Source: an uncultured Acidobacteriota bacterium (GTDB taxonomy: Bacteria; Acidobacteriota; Vicinamibacteria; Vicinamibacterales; UBA2999). From it: DNA of 64,000 nucleotides. This document shows positions 41,910 through 51,493 of the stretch, piece after piece. The notes under the pieces were generated by a model that had not been told where the DNA came from, searched no databases, and saw only the letters and a list, made by a program, of their open reading frames with translations. Position numbers and translations under genes: made by a program. The stretch spans positions 101,295-165,294 of the forward strand of contig CAVXMP010000022.1 in assembly GCA_963762925.1 (NCBI GenBank), given 5' to 3'. The number at the start of each line of letters is the position of its first letter. Position 1 is the stretch's first letter.

Positions 41910-41933
41910 CCATTCGTCACGCCAGTCGTTGGC

Positions 41934-43718
41934 TCATGGCGGCGGCCGCGGAACTGTCGCACAGGGACGATAGGCGCCGGGCGTCACGATCGCAATCTGG
42001 TCCATGACGAACGCCGGCGGCATCGGCTGCGTCGGCGCGTCGCTGCGGAGTTGCAGGCGTAGCGCTTCGTAGTCGCGAGTCGTCATCAATGCCAGGGTCT
42101 GCTGGTCGGGATTGAGGAGATGGCTTCGCACGTCCTCGGGTGGAGCCGTTTCAGGCTCGTCCCATGTGCCGAGCCGAAACAAATAGTAGTAATGCGTATG
42201 GTTCGTGTTGGTTCGGGACGCGTTGTAGACGCCTCGCGGCGCCGCCGGGTTGGCCTCAGTGATCGTGATCGCGCAATCCCGCATCGCGCGCAAACGATTG
42301 TCGATGGTCGCAGCGCGCAGTGTTTCGATCCTGTATGTGGACACCGGCAGCGCGACGACGAGAATGACCGCTGCCAGCACCTTCAAGGCAACGGTTGTGC
42401 GGCCGGCCACCACCAGCAGTAACGCGGCGATCAGCAACGGCCTCACCAGCGACGAATTCCGGAACAAGGTGACGCCGGCGATCCTCCACGACACGGTTCC
42501 ACTCACCGCGGTGACCACGGCGATCGCGATGAGCGCCACCGCCACGGCGATGAGAGTCGGCTGCAGGTGGCGTTTCCAGCTTGTCGCCGACTGCCAGGCC
42601 GCGCGCACGCGCGCGGACCGATCCGACACGCGAACGGCCCAGTCGCTGGAGGCGGCGCGCATAACCTCGCTCGCAATCCAGCCGACAGCGATCCCGATCG
42701 GCGGGAGAAATGGATATGCGTAATGGAACAGCTTGGAGGTGCCAATCGAGATCAGCACGAACGGCACAAGCCACCAGATCAGCAGCAGTCGCATCGGCCA
42801 CGGGCGCCCGCGATATGCCTGGACCAACAGGCCGAGCCCACCGACGACCGCGATCGCCTGTTGGCCGGCGAGTTCCTGCCACGTCCGCGTGAAGTAAAAA
42901 TGCCAGGGCTGCAGGTGCGAGGCGTCGAGTGCACCGGTGAACCGCGTGTAGACGTGCATGCCGAGAATCACGCTCCAGAAATAGCGCCCAAACGCGATCG
43001 ATTCGTAGACAAACCACGGGCTGATGAGGGCGACGGCGATGAGCGTCGCGACAAGGCCGTCCCGCCAGCGCATGCTCGCCCGTGCGCGGGCGATCGGGAT
43101 GACGGCGATCGCGATGACAACGATGACAGGCAGGAACAGGGCGGCCACGAATTTCGTCATGACGCCAAGCACGAAGTACAAGGCAAGCGCCAGCATGTGC
43201 GGAATTGGCCGACCACCCTCCACCCAATTCATGAAGTGGTAGAGGCCGCCGCAATACGCGAGAAACAGCGGCGCCTCCATGTTGTTGCTACGGAGGCCAT
43301 GCTCGTAGACGAGAGACTGCATCGAAAAGGTCGCCAGCACCGAGACAACGCCACACAACGGGCCGGCGAGGCGCAGGCCAAAGAAGTAGATGTAAACGAA
43401 CGCGGTAGCCCCCATCACCGCATCGAGGAAACGGAACCCGAACTCGTCATGAGGAACCAGCCCGGCGCGAATCACCGCCGCGACCATCCAGAATTTGAGC
43501 GGGGGCTTTTCGAGAAAGGGGCCGTCGACCTGAATGCTGCGCGGCGTCAGCCACTCACCGGTCTCGAGGATCCGATCGACGGAGTAGGAGTAGATGGCTT
43601 CGTCGTTGCTGAGATCCCAGCCATCCAGACCGATAAAGAGTGGGGCACAAAAAAGAGCTGCGACGATAAGCAGCCCAGCCAGGTGACTCAAGGATCGGGA
43701 ATCCGCAGGCACGCGCAC
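41934..43718 (-). CDS. GT39/GT83-type (ArnT/PMT-like) dolichyl- or undecaprenyl-phosphate-sugar glycosyltransferase
   Basis: Intact 594 aa ORF. N-terminal DEAIYSYSVDRILETGEWLTPR...EKPPLKFW signature of PMT_2/ArnT-like enzymes, with ~12 TM helices. Confidence 0.8.
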   Translation of the reverse strand: MRVPADSRSLSHLAGLLIVAALFCAPLFIGLDGWDLSNDEAIYSYSVDRILETGEWLTPRSIQVDGPFLEKPPLKFWMVAAVIRAGLVPHDEFGFRFLDAVMGATAFVYIYFFGLRLAGPLCGVVSVLATFSMQSLVYEHGLRSNNMEAPLFLAYCGGLYHFMNWVEGGRPIPHMLALALYFVLGVMTKFVAALFLPVIVVIAIAVIPIARARASMRWRDGLVATLIAVALISPWFVYESIAFGRYFWSVILGMHVYTRFTGALDASHLQPWHFYFTRTWQELAGQQAIAVVGGLGLLVQAYRGRPWPMRLLLIWWLVPFVLISIGTSKLFHYAYPFLPPIGIAVGWIASEVMRAASSDWAVRVSDRSARVRAAWQSATSWKRHLQPTLIAVAVALIAIAVVTAVSGTVSWRIAGVTLFRNSSLVRPLLIAALLLVVAGRTTVALKVLAAVILVVALPVSTYRIETLRAATIDNRLRAMRDCAITITEANPAAPRGVYNASRTNTNHTHYYYLFRLGTWDEPETAPPEDVRSHLLNPDQQTLALMTTRDYEALRLQLRSDAPTQPMPPAFVMDQIAIVTPGAYRPCATVPRPPP

Positions 43719-43796
43719 GAGTAGGTGCAGTCTACAATCTGCGCCAATCCTGTGGTGCCACCCGCAAGACGCTCACCGGTCGCTGTGCCGCCGGCC

Positions 43797-44840
43797 TTAC
43801 TTCTTTCGCGCCAGCTCCTCGTCGATAACCGTTTGGAAGTATTCGTAGGGCTGCGCGCCGATGACGGGGCGGCCGTTGATGTACACCGTCGGCGTCGACG
43901 ACACACCGAGTTGCGTGCCGTACTGCAGATCGACGTTGACGGCTTCCGTGTACTGGCCGGCGTCGAGGCAGGTGCCGAATTTGCCGGCGTCTAAATTGAG
44001 CGCGGCCGCGTGTTCCTTCAATTGCGGCACAGCGAGCGCCTGCTGGTTGGCGAACAGCCGGTCGTGCATTTCCCAATACTTGCCCTGATCACCGGCGCAG
44101 TGCGCCGCTTCTGCCGCTTTGACGGCCATTGCGTGGTTCGGCAACGGGAAGTCTTTGAACACGAAGCGGACTTTGTCGCCGTAGCTCGCGCGCAGCTTCG
44201 TGAGGGTCGGACCGACCCTCGCGCAGAACGGTCACTGATAGTCCGAAAACTCGACGAGGGTGACCGGTGCAGTCTCGGGCCCGACGGCCGGATCATGCGG
44301 CTCGAGTTTCACATTGATCCGCGGTGGATCGAGCAACACCTTCACGTCGGTCCGCTTCTTTTTGAGTTCGTCGACGACCTGCGCGCGTGCCTGCTGTGTG
44401 CGCTGGCTCGCGAGGAATTCGACGATCGTGCCCCGCAGCTGATCGAGCGTCCGACCCTGCGCGCGGTCTTTGTTCGCGTCAAAAAACTGCTGGACCTCGG
44501 CGTCGGTGACCGGTTGCGCGCGCTTTTTCGTTTCCTGTAGCAGGTAGTCCTGTGCCGACACACCCGCGGCTTTCGCCGCGTCTTCAATCAACAGATCGCC
44601 GACCAGCTGATCGAGTGCGTTGCGCCGGTTCTGATAGAGAAGCTGGGTGACGCGTGCCTGCTCGCCCGGATCGAGAGCCTGCCATTTCTCATCGAGTTCC
44701 TTGAGTGTCACCTTGCGACCGCCAAGCTCGGCCACGACCTCGCCGCTCGTCTGACCACTCGACGGGCTCTGCGCCGCGGACGGCGTGTTACCGCAGGCGG
44801 TGACGACAAACAGGAACGCGCCAAATAGCAATCGCCTCAT
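43797..44840 (-). CDS. DsbA-like thiol:disulfide oxidoreductase lipoprotein with SurA-N-like helical N-domain; in-frame TGA (44234-44232) at the first position of the CxxC motif (candidate selenocysteine, UxxC)
   Basis: ORFs 44232..44840 and 43797..44162 share one frame (678 nt apart) with a single TGA between them. Lipobox FLFVVTAC. Read-through gives ...VTLVEFSDYQ-[TGA]-PFCARVGPTLTKLRASYGDKVRFVFKDFPLPNH...AAHCAGDQGKYWEMHDRLF... Confidence 0.75.
44202..44220 (-). promoter_or_regulatory. candidate bacterial SECIS hairpin downstream of the in-frame UGA
   Basis: mRNA: UGA CCG UUC UGC GC-GAGGGUC-GGUCC-GACCCUC. It has a 7 bp perfect stem (44220-44214 / 44208-44202) and a GGUCC loop. Counting the U of UGA as 1, the loop is G22 G23 U24 C25, the same positions as the apical GGUC of the E. 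coli fdhF SECIS. Confidence 0.55.
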
Positions 44841-44938
44841 GCTCTGACGCTATCACGAGCGGGGGCAGGTGACGAAAAAACGACGGGTCAACGCATTTTC
44901 TCAAAGGCGGCAGACTCGTTTTTCGTGCCGTGACCGGC

Positions 44939-45850
44939 TCACCCCGGCGGCTTACGAATCGCCTCGTCAGTGCTGACTTGAAAGCGCCGGTACTTGTCGT
45001 ATTTGGCGACGCCGGTAATGTAGCGCGCGTCGCCCTTGACCTGGTACGACTCCTCCATCTGCACAGGCACCCAGATCCCGACAGTTGCGTCCTCGCGGTA
45101 GGTCACCGTAATCGTTGTGCCGAGATAGGAGTCGGAGGCGGCGAGGATTGTCTTCAGAATCACACCGGTCGCAGGATCAACCCAGAACTTGCCATGCACG
45201 GGCAAGTCGTCGTCGGTGGTTGTGACGTCGCCAGTCGTGATCCCTCGCCCCGTTCGAATCAGGGTAGGCCGCTGGACCTCGCTATACGCAACGCGCAGTG
45301 CCCGACGGCCCGCCACCGTTTCCGTGCGCTCACGCACAAACTCGAATCGCGTCGCCACTCTTGGATTCAGAAATTGCACCGCAAGCGTTGGCATGTTGAT
45401 GGTGCGCAGGACAGGGCCGATGTTGTAGCGAGAACTGTCGTCAGTAATGCGGCGCGCTTGATCAAACCCGTCTGCCGACGGCTTCAGGAAGAGCGTGGCC
45501 AGCCGATCCTCGCGGTCGCGCACCTTTTTGCCGTCGACTTCGAAGACGTCGCGAAATGGCATCCAGCCTGAATCGTCCGCGAGGCGCACCACGAGATAGT
45601 CGGACCGGAGTACACGCTTTTGTCGGTTGCTGGGGACTGTCTGAGGGCGGCTGAGTGGTGAATTCGAGTGTCCCACTTCGCGGCGGACTTCCTGGACGTA
45701 ATGTTCCTCGGCGACGACGAGCGACAGGCGCCGTTCGAATTCCGCTGCATACACCTTGACTCGCGCCAACACGGTATCGAGGTCGGGCTCCTGCGCCGGG
45801 AGAGCTGTCACCCACGCAGCGCAGACAATGGCGGCGATGATCGCTCGCAT
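44939..45850 (-). CDS. hypothetical secreted protein
   Basis: Start at MRAIIAAIVCAAWVTALPAQ (45850, signal peptide). Intact and in the co-directional cluster. I recognise no family. Confidence 0.5.
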   Translation of the reverse strand: MRAIIAAIVCAAWVTALPAQEPDLDTVLARVKVYAAEFERRLSLVVAEEHYVQEVRREVGHSNSPLSRPQTVPSNRQKRVLRSDYLVVRLADDSGWMPFRDVFEVDGKKVRDREDRLATLFLKPSADGFDQARRITDDSSRYNIGPVLRTINMPTLAVQFLNPRVATRFEFVRERTETVAGRRALRVAYSEVQRPTLIRTGRGITTGDVTTTDDDLPVHGKFWVDPATGVILKTILAASDSYLGTTITVTYREDATVGIWVPVQMEESYQVKGDARYITGVAKYDKYRRFQVSTDEAIRKPPG

Positions 45851-45854
45851 GGCG

Positions 45855-46085
45855 CTATCCCTCGGATGACCGTTCGTATCCAGGGCACGCGAGTACCGGA
45901 ATCGGCGGGTATTTGAGAAAGTGCGGGTCGGAAAACGAGCGCTCACAGAGGTAAAACGTGGACCGAGGAGTTGTGACGACCCGGCAGTGGACGCAGGTCG
46001 CACACAACCCGGCTCGGCTCTCGACGCCTTCGTGTTCTGACGCGCCCTCGCCGTTAGAAGAGCGTGTAGATGAACGGCGCGGCAC
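45855..46085 (-). CDS. small conserved-looking Cys-rich protein (CxxC...C...C), function unknown; start uncertain
   Basis: ...LCATCVHCRVVTTPRSTFYLCERSFSDPHFLKYPPIPVLACPGYE. The 5' end of the track ORF overlaps the DUF5989 gene by 32 nt, so an internal start is likely. Confidence 0.35.
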   Translation of the reverse strand: MPRRSSTRSSNGEGASEHEGVESRAGLCATCVHCRVVTTPRSTFYLCERSFSDPHFLKYPPIPVLACPGYERSSEG

Positions 46086-46239
46086 CAGTACCTCCGACGA
46101 GGATCAGCGCGCCCAGCAGCAGCATCATCAACACAATCGGCGTGAGCCACCACTTCTTATTGTGGGACATAAAGCCCCACAGCTCGCCGAAAAGTCCAGT
46201 CGAGCGGGATTCTGAAAGTTCGCGCAGGTCCTTGGCCAT
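46054..46239 (-). CDS. DUF5989-family small membrane protein
   Basis: 61 aa: ...LFGELWGFMSHNKKWWLTPIVLMMLLLGALILVGGTGAAPFIYTLF. The KKWWL...APFIYTLF pattern is typical of the small protein that accompanies carbamoyltransferase/SxtJ genes. Confidence 0.6.
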   Translation of the reverse strand: MAKDLRELSESRSTGLFGELWGFMSHNKKWWLTPIVLMMLLLGALILVGGTGAAPFIYTLF

Positions 46240-46387
46240 GGCTCCTACTTCGCTCCGTCGCGGATCTGAACGGTCCGCGCTACATGTTCACACTAACGGA
46301 CTTACCCCATGAGCGACAGTTCGGCAACATAGTGCGAACTATCTGCCACGATCCCACAATTTCTGCTAACAACGTCACGCGCCGTGT

Positions 46388-46442
46388 AAAGGGCCTGCCC
46401 CATTTACATGGCAGGCCCTTTTGTAAATGGGGCAGGCCCTTT
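46388..46442 (-). other. three-arm alternative hairpin immediately after the SxtJ stop codon
   Basis: Plus strand: A aaagggcctgccccattt (46388-46405), B ggcaggcccttt (46410-46421), C aaatggggcaggcccttt (46425-46442). A pairs perfectly with B (12 bp) or with C (18 bp). Confidence 0.6.
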
Positions 46443-46853
46443 TCAATACTGCTGAAACGAGCGTTCAGGATCGTTGGTCTGTTCGTACGGCGTCCAATGT
46501 GACGACGCGCCGCGCTGGCGCAGGCGAAGAGGGTCTCGCCCGCTCAACCGCATGACCCAACCGAGCGGGGTGAACACCAGGTAAAACATGATCCCCAGCG
46601 TCACCGTCGACACCACCAGCCCGATTGGATACGTGACCGTCATCAGACCGACAAAGAGGATGCGTGCCGCCTCGGCGCTCGCCAAGATGAGCACGGCGAG
46701 CAGCGCCCCCACCACCCAGACGATGACCGCGGTCGTCGGAGAACCGCCGCGCCACCACGTCATCGTGCCGGCCGCGACGACGAAGATCGGAAACCAGATG
46801 CGCGCAAAGGTGCGCAGCTCGCGCGCGCCGGGATTGCGATTGATGGGCAGCAT
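46443..46853 (-). CDS. SxtJ-family membrane protein
   Basis: MLPINRNPGARELRTFARIWFPIFVVAAGTMTWW...; 136 aa with 3-4 TM helices. The ATG overlaps the carbamoyltransferase TGA (TGATG). The position downstream of a NodU/CmcH carbamoyltransferase is typical. Confidence 0.6.
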   Translation of the reverse strand: MLPINRNPGARELRTFARIWFPIFVVAAGTMTWWRGGSPTTAVIVWVVGALLAVLILASAEAARILFVGLMTVTYPIGLVVSTVTLGIMFYLVFTPLGWVMRLSGRDPLRLRQRGASSHWTPYEQTNDPERSFQQY

Positions 46854-48708
46854 CAGTCTGGTGAGAAGGCCGCGACGTAGTCGTCGGCGTCGAAGCTGCG
46901 CGAGGCGGGCTGCTCCGTCTTGAGCAGCACGAAGTCCTCGAGCACGAGCACGTCCATGTCGGTCGCCATGAAGCAGCGGTAGGCGTCCTCGGGCGTGCAG
47001 ACGATCGGCTCGCCGCGCACGTTGAAGCTGGTGTTGATGAGCACGGGGCAGCCGGTCTTGCGTTCGAAGCGTCTTGATCAGGTCGTAGAAGCGGCCGTGG
47101 CGCTCGGCGTCGACGGTCTGCACGCGCGCCGAGTAGTCGACGTGCGTGACGGCCGGGATCACCGAGCGCGACGCCTTGAGCTTGTCGAGGCCGCTGCGCG
47201 CTGTTCGCCGTTGATCGTCGTGCGCGCTGTCGCTCGCGCACCGGCGCCACGAGCAGCATGTAGGGGCTGTCGTGCCCGGCGCGCATCTCGAAATACTCGG
47301 CGACGCGCTCCTCGAGCACGACCGGCGCGAACGGCCGGAACGACTCGCGGAACTTGATCTTCAGGTTCATCATCGACTGCATCGTCGGGCTGCGCGCGTC
47401 GCCGAGGATGCTGCGCGCGCCGAGCGCGCGCGGGCCGAACTCCATGCGCCCCTGGAACCAGCCGACGACCTTGCCCGTCGGCGAGCAGGTCGGCGACGCG
47501 CGTCGCACGAGGCTGCGTCATCGTCGGCGTAGCGTCGGTAGCTCGCGCCCCGAGCGTCGAGGAAGCGCTTCGATCTCGCGTCCGTGATACTCGCGGGCCC
47601 GAGCAGCGAGCCCTGCATGCTGTCGACGGGCTGCGGCGTCGCGCGCGTTGTCGAGGAGCTGGTGCCAGACGAACAGCGCGGCGCCGAGCGCGCCGCCCGC
47701 GTCGCCCGCGGCGGGCTGGATCCAGATGTTCTCGAACGGCCCTTCGCGCAGGATGCGGCCGTTGGCGACGCAGTTGAGCGCCACGCCGCCGGCCAGGCAC
47801 AGGTTCTTGCATGCCCGTTCGCGCGTGGACGTGGCGCGCGCATGCGCAGCATGATCTCCTCGGTGACCGCCTGGATCGAGGCCGCGAGGTCCATCTCGCG
47901 CTGCGGTGATCGGCGACTCCGGCTGCCGCGGCGGGCCGCCGAAGAGCTCGTCGAACTTCGTCGACGTCATCGTCAGGCCCTGGCAGTAGTTGAAGTACGC
48001 ATGTCCAGCCGGAACGAGCCGTCGTCCTTCAGGTCGATCAGCGTTGCTCGAGGATGAGGTCGGCGTACCGGCTCGCCGTAGGGCGCGAGGCCCATCAGCT
48101 TGTACTCGCCGGAGTTGACCTTGAAGCCGTGAAGTAGGTGAACGCCGAGTAGAGCAGGCCGAGCGAGTGCGGGAAAGCGCAGCTCGTGCGTGAGCTCGAT
48201 CTGGTTGCCGCGCCCGTGCCCGATGCTCGCGGTCGCCCACTCGCCGACGCCGTCGAGCGTGAGGATCGCGGCCTCCTCGAACGGCGACGGGAAGAAGGCG
48301 CTGGCCGCGTGCGACTCGTGGTGCTCGGTGAAGACGATAGCCGCCGCTTGTAGCGCGCCGTCGAGCGCCGCGTCGCATCTCGCGCGGCGAGATAGAGCTT
48401 CTGCTTGAGCCAGAGCGGCATCGCCTTGCGGAACGATCGGAAGCCCGCCGGCGCGAACGCGAGGTAGGTCTCGAGCAGCCGCTCGAACTTCAGCAGCGGC
48501 TTGTCGTAGAAGCCGACGTAGTCGAGGTCCTCGAGCGCGAGGCCCGCCTCGTCGCAGGCAGTAGTCGACCGCGCTGCGCGGGAAACGCGGCGTCGTGCTT
48601 CTTGCGCGTGAAGCGCTCCTCCTGCGCCGCGGCGACGATCTGGCCGTCGACGACCAGCGCGGCGGCGGAGTCGTGGTAGAACGCCGAGATGCCGAGAATC
48701 GCCGTCAC
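46853..48708 (-). pseudogene. NodU/CmcH-family carbamoyltransferase; at least 6 frame switches (pseudogene or uncorrected indels)
   Basis: GTG start with MTAILGISAFYHDSAAALVVDGQIVAAAQEERFTRKKHD. Later fragments in other frames: LDYVGFYDKPLLKFERLLETYL, FPHSLGLLYSAFTYFTGFKVNSGEYKLMGLAPYG, IPAVTHVDYSARVQTV and CPVLINTSFNVRGEPIVCTPEDAYRCF. Confidence 0.8.
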
Positions 48709-48772
48709 CCTGGTAAAGCCTCACCTGCTCCCGACAAACATCCGATTATACGACCTGCGGTAGGCTGATTCA

Positions 48773-50023
48773 TTGGCCGGTCGCCGAATCGCGTTAAGCC
48801 TACTGTTGATGGTTGTCTCGTTTGCGATCTTCCTCGCAACGGGCGAAATCGGATTGCGCGTGATTTATCGCGATGGCGGAAAGCGCACGCTTGGCGGACC
48901 CGGCGGGTACGGGTTCGAACATCTCACGTTGCCCCACAATCAGCGCGGCCGTTTCGATATCGGCGCGAAGCATCCGCAGAAGCCGCGCATCCTCATTCTC
49001 GGAGACTCGATCACCTGGGGGCAGGGCGTCCGCGACTGGCAGGACGTGTGGCCGGAGCAGCTCGCCCTCGCGCTCGAGCACGCCGGCATGCCGCACGAAA
49101 TGGCGGTGCTCGCCTTTCCGGGCCGCGACATTTCCACGCATGTGGAGCAGATGGAGCAATGGGTGTCGACGATCAATCCCGACGTCTTCGTCTATCAGTG
49201 GTATGTCAACGACATCGAAATCACCAGCGAGCGTCCGCGCAACCGCCGCTCGTGGCAGCAGTGGTCCGGGCACGAGCGCCTGCGTCGCAGCTCGTACCTC
49301 TACTACTTTCTCGATAACCGGCTCTCAACGTATCTGCCGCCGCCGGATCGGTCCTACGTGCAGTACATCCTCGAAGACTTCGCGCCTGGGAGTCTCGAGT
49401 GGTCGGAATTCGAGCGGTTGTTCCACACGCTCGCGATGCGTGCCACAGAGTTTGCGCGAGTGCGAATGCTGGTGATTTACCCGCAGGTGCCCTACCGCGG
49501 CACGTCACCGCTGCAGCCTATTCACGATCGGATGATCGCGTTGACCGGTCCGCATCGATTTGCGTTGCCTCCGGCGGCGTGGATTCGCTTCGCCGGGACG
49601 CCCGTCGCCCGCGCCGACGCACGCTGGCATCAGGCGGTGGCAGTCCCCGCCACAACGCAAGGGCCGTTGCTCGAGACGCGCGCGTTCTACATGCCAGCCG
49701 GCTCGTTCGACGTCTTGGTCTCCATCGCCACGCCGCGTTCGAGCGGAGGCTCACCAGCGCCCGCGCAGACATCCATTGGCTCCTTGGAGCTCATCGATCA
49801 CCTGACGAACGCCGTGCAGTCAACAACCGCGATCCCGGCGCTGCGGTCGCTCGAAGGATGGCAGGAGGTGACCGTGCCGCTGCAGGTCACAGCGAGGGGG
49901 CGCCAAGTCCGCTTGCGACTGACCTCTAGTGGCGCCGCGGCCTTCGAGGTGGCATCCATCGAGATTCCCGTTGATTACTCGTTCAAGGTCGTCGACCTCA
50001 CAGAGCATATTGAACAGTTTTAG
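48773..50023 (+). CDS. SGNH/GDSL-like hydrolase with N-terminal membrane anchor and C-terminal beta-rich domain
   Basis: Intact 416 aa ORF. TM LSLLLMVVSFAIFLATG and block I PRILILGDSITWG. Transcribed divergently from the carbamoyltransferase gene. Confidence 0.7.
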   Translation: MAGRRIALSLLLMVVSFAIFLATGEIGLRVIYRDGGKRTLGGPGGYGFEHLTLPHNQRGRFDIGAKHPQKPRILILGDSITWGQGVRDWQDVWPEQLALALEHAGMPHEMAVLAFPGRDISTHVEQMEQWVSTINPDVFVYQWYVNDIEITSERPRNRRSWQQWSGHERLRRSSYLYYFLDNRLSTYLPPPDRSYVQYILEDFAPGSLEWSEFERLFHTLAMRATEFARVRMLVIYPQVPYRGTSPLQPIHDRMIALTGPHRFALPPAAWIRFAGTPVARADARWHQAVAVPATTQGPLLETRAFYMPAGSFDVLVSIATPRSSGGSPAPAQTSIGSLELIDHLTNAVQSTTAIPALRSLEGWQEVTVPLQVTARGRQVRLRLTSSGAAAFEVASIEIPVDYSFKVVDLTEHIEQF

Positions 50024-50200
50024 TACGCACACCAGCATCTTCGATGCCCATCCCAATGCAGGGGCACAGAAGATCATTGCGGAAAAGGTGTTTGAAGCCC
50101 CTTCGAGACGCCGAATCCCGACATTGAAAACAGCCATTCGGCAGGTATGCTTAACGAAGGGCTAGCTTCGAGATCCGGCCTTTCCAAAGGAATCGTTCGC

Positions 50201-51181
50201 ATGCGGTACCGAGTTGTTCGAGCCGGTGTTGCGGCCTTGGCTGTGCTGACGGTGAGCGTCGTGTCCGGCGCAACAGCCAAAGCCGCAGCCCCCCGCGGAT
50301 CAGCCGATTTTCCGCTCCAGCGTCCGCACCGTCTCGATCTACGCGACGGTCGTGGATGCCAACGGGCGGCTCGTCCCCGATCTCCAGCGAGACGATTTCA
50401 TCATCCTCGAAGACGGCAAGCCAGTGGAGGTCACGCTCTTTTCCAACGAGCCCCAGCCGTTTACCGCGGTGGTGATGCTCGACACGAGCGCGAGCATGAC
50501 CGCGAATATCAGCCTGCTCACCCGGCGGCCGAACAGTTCGTCTGCGGCTGCTGCCGGTGGACAAGGCGCAGGTCGGCGCGTTCAACGACAAGATCGAAGT
50601 GAGCGCGCGTTCACGAACGACCGCGACGACCTGATCAGCGACGTCAAGGATCTGCAGTACGGCAACCCCACGCGGCTGTACGATGCGATCGCCCTCAGCC
50701 TCGACGCGCTGAAGGGCATCGACGGCCGACGCGTCGTGCTGGTGTTCACCGACGGCGAGGACACGTCGAGCCGACGTCCGCATGGGCACGGTGCATCGAT
50801 CGCTCGCGCGACGAAGAAGCGATGGTCTACTCGATCGGGCTCGAGTCCGAATACTTCAACGGCAGCGCGTGGTTCGCGGCCGGCCCGACGGCGGTCTGCG
50901 CAAGATCGCCGACGAAACCGGCGGCGGTTACTTCGAGTTGAAGAAAACCGACGAACTCTCGCCGACCTTCACGCGCGTCGCGCAGGAGTTGCGCAGCCAG
51001 TATTTGTCGGGTTTACTCCGAGCATTTCTAATGGGAGCCGCATCGGTTGGAGGTGCGGCTGAAGCGCCCCGGCCTGAGCGCGCGAGCGCGAAAGAGCTAC
51101 GTTGCGCTTCCCGATCGCGCAACGACTTCACAGTGCTGGCCGGTCCGCAGCGCCGGCCGCGAAAGCTCGGCGGCCTGGTAG
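50201..51181 (+). CDS. VWA-domain protein of the acidobacterial VWFA-related type; at least 3 frame breaks
   Basis: MRYRVVRAGVAALAVLTVSVVSG (signal peptide). ...VVDANGRLVPDLQRDDFIILEDGKPVEVTLFS...AVVMLDTSASM (MIDAS DxSxS)...VLVFTDGEDTSS...GGGYFELKK...SQYL.GFTPS...HRLEVRLKRPGLSARARKSYVA, spread over three frames. Confidence 0.7.
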
Positions 51182-51360
51182 ACCGGCCGGCGCAGGGCCG
51201 GCCTGGGCCGGATGACAGTTGGGGTAGTAGCGTCTAGACCTGGCCGGGGCTGGCCGATGCTGCCGATTACACGAACACAGCCGCGACGATCTATCGCGAG
51301 CAGGGCACCCACCACATATTCCACGGTGCCCGAGAAATTCCAGTCGTCAATTCTAAACAT
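51097..51360 (-). CDS. possible small hypothetical protein (weak call)
   Basis: ggagatacgcaaATG gives an SD-like GGAG 8 nt before the ATG at 51360, in a locally AT-richer patch; MFRIDDWNFSGTVEYVVGALLAIDRRG.... The 3' part overlaps the VWA gene end on the other strand, so the extent is doubtful. Confidence 0.2.
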   Translation of the reverse strand: MFRIDDWNFSGTVEYVVGALLAIDRRGCVRVIGSIGQPRPGLDATTPTVIRPRPALRRPVYQAAELSRPALRTGQHCEVVARSGSAT

Positions 51361-51493
51361 TTGCGTATCTCCGTCTTCAGGTAGTTTGACGGAGCAAGTG
51401 GGCGCAGGGTTCAACCGGCGCGTGATATTTCCGCTCGTGACCGACCCTTCGAGCGGTGACGAAGGCTGGGGCTGACGGCGCGCGTCCGTCGCC

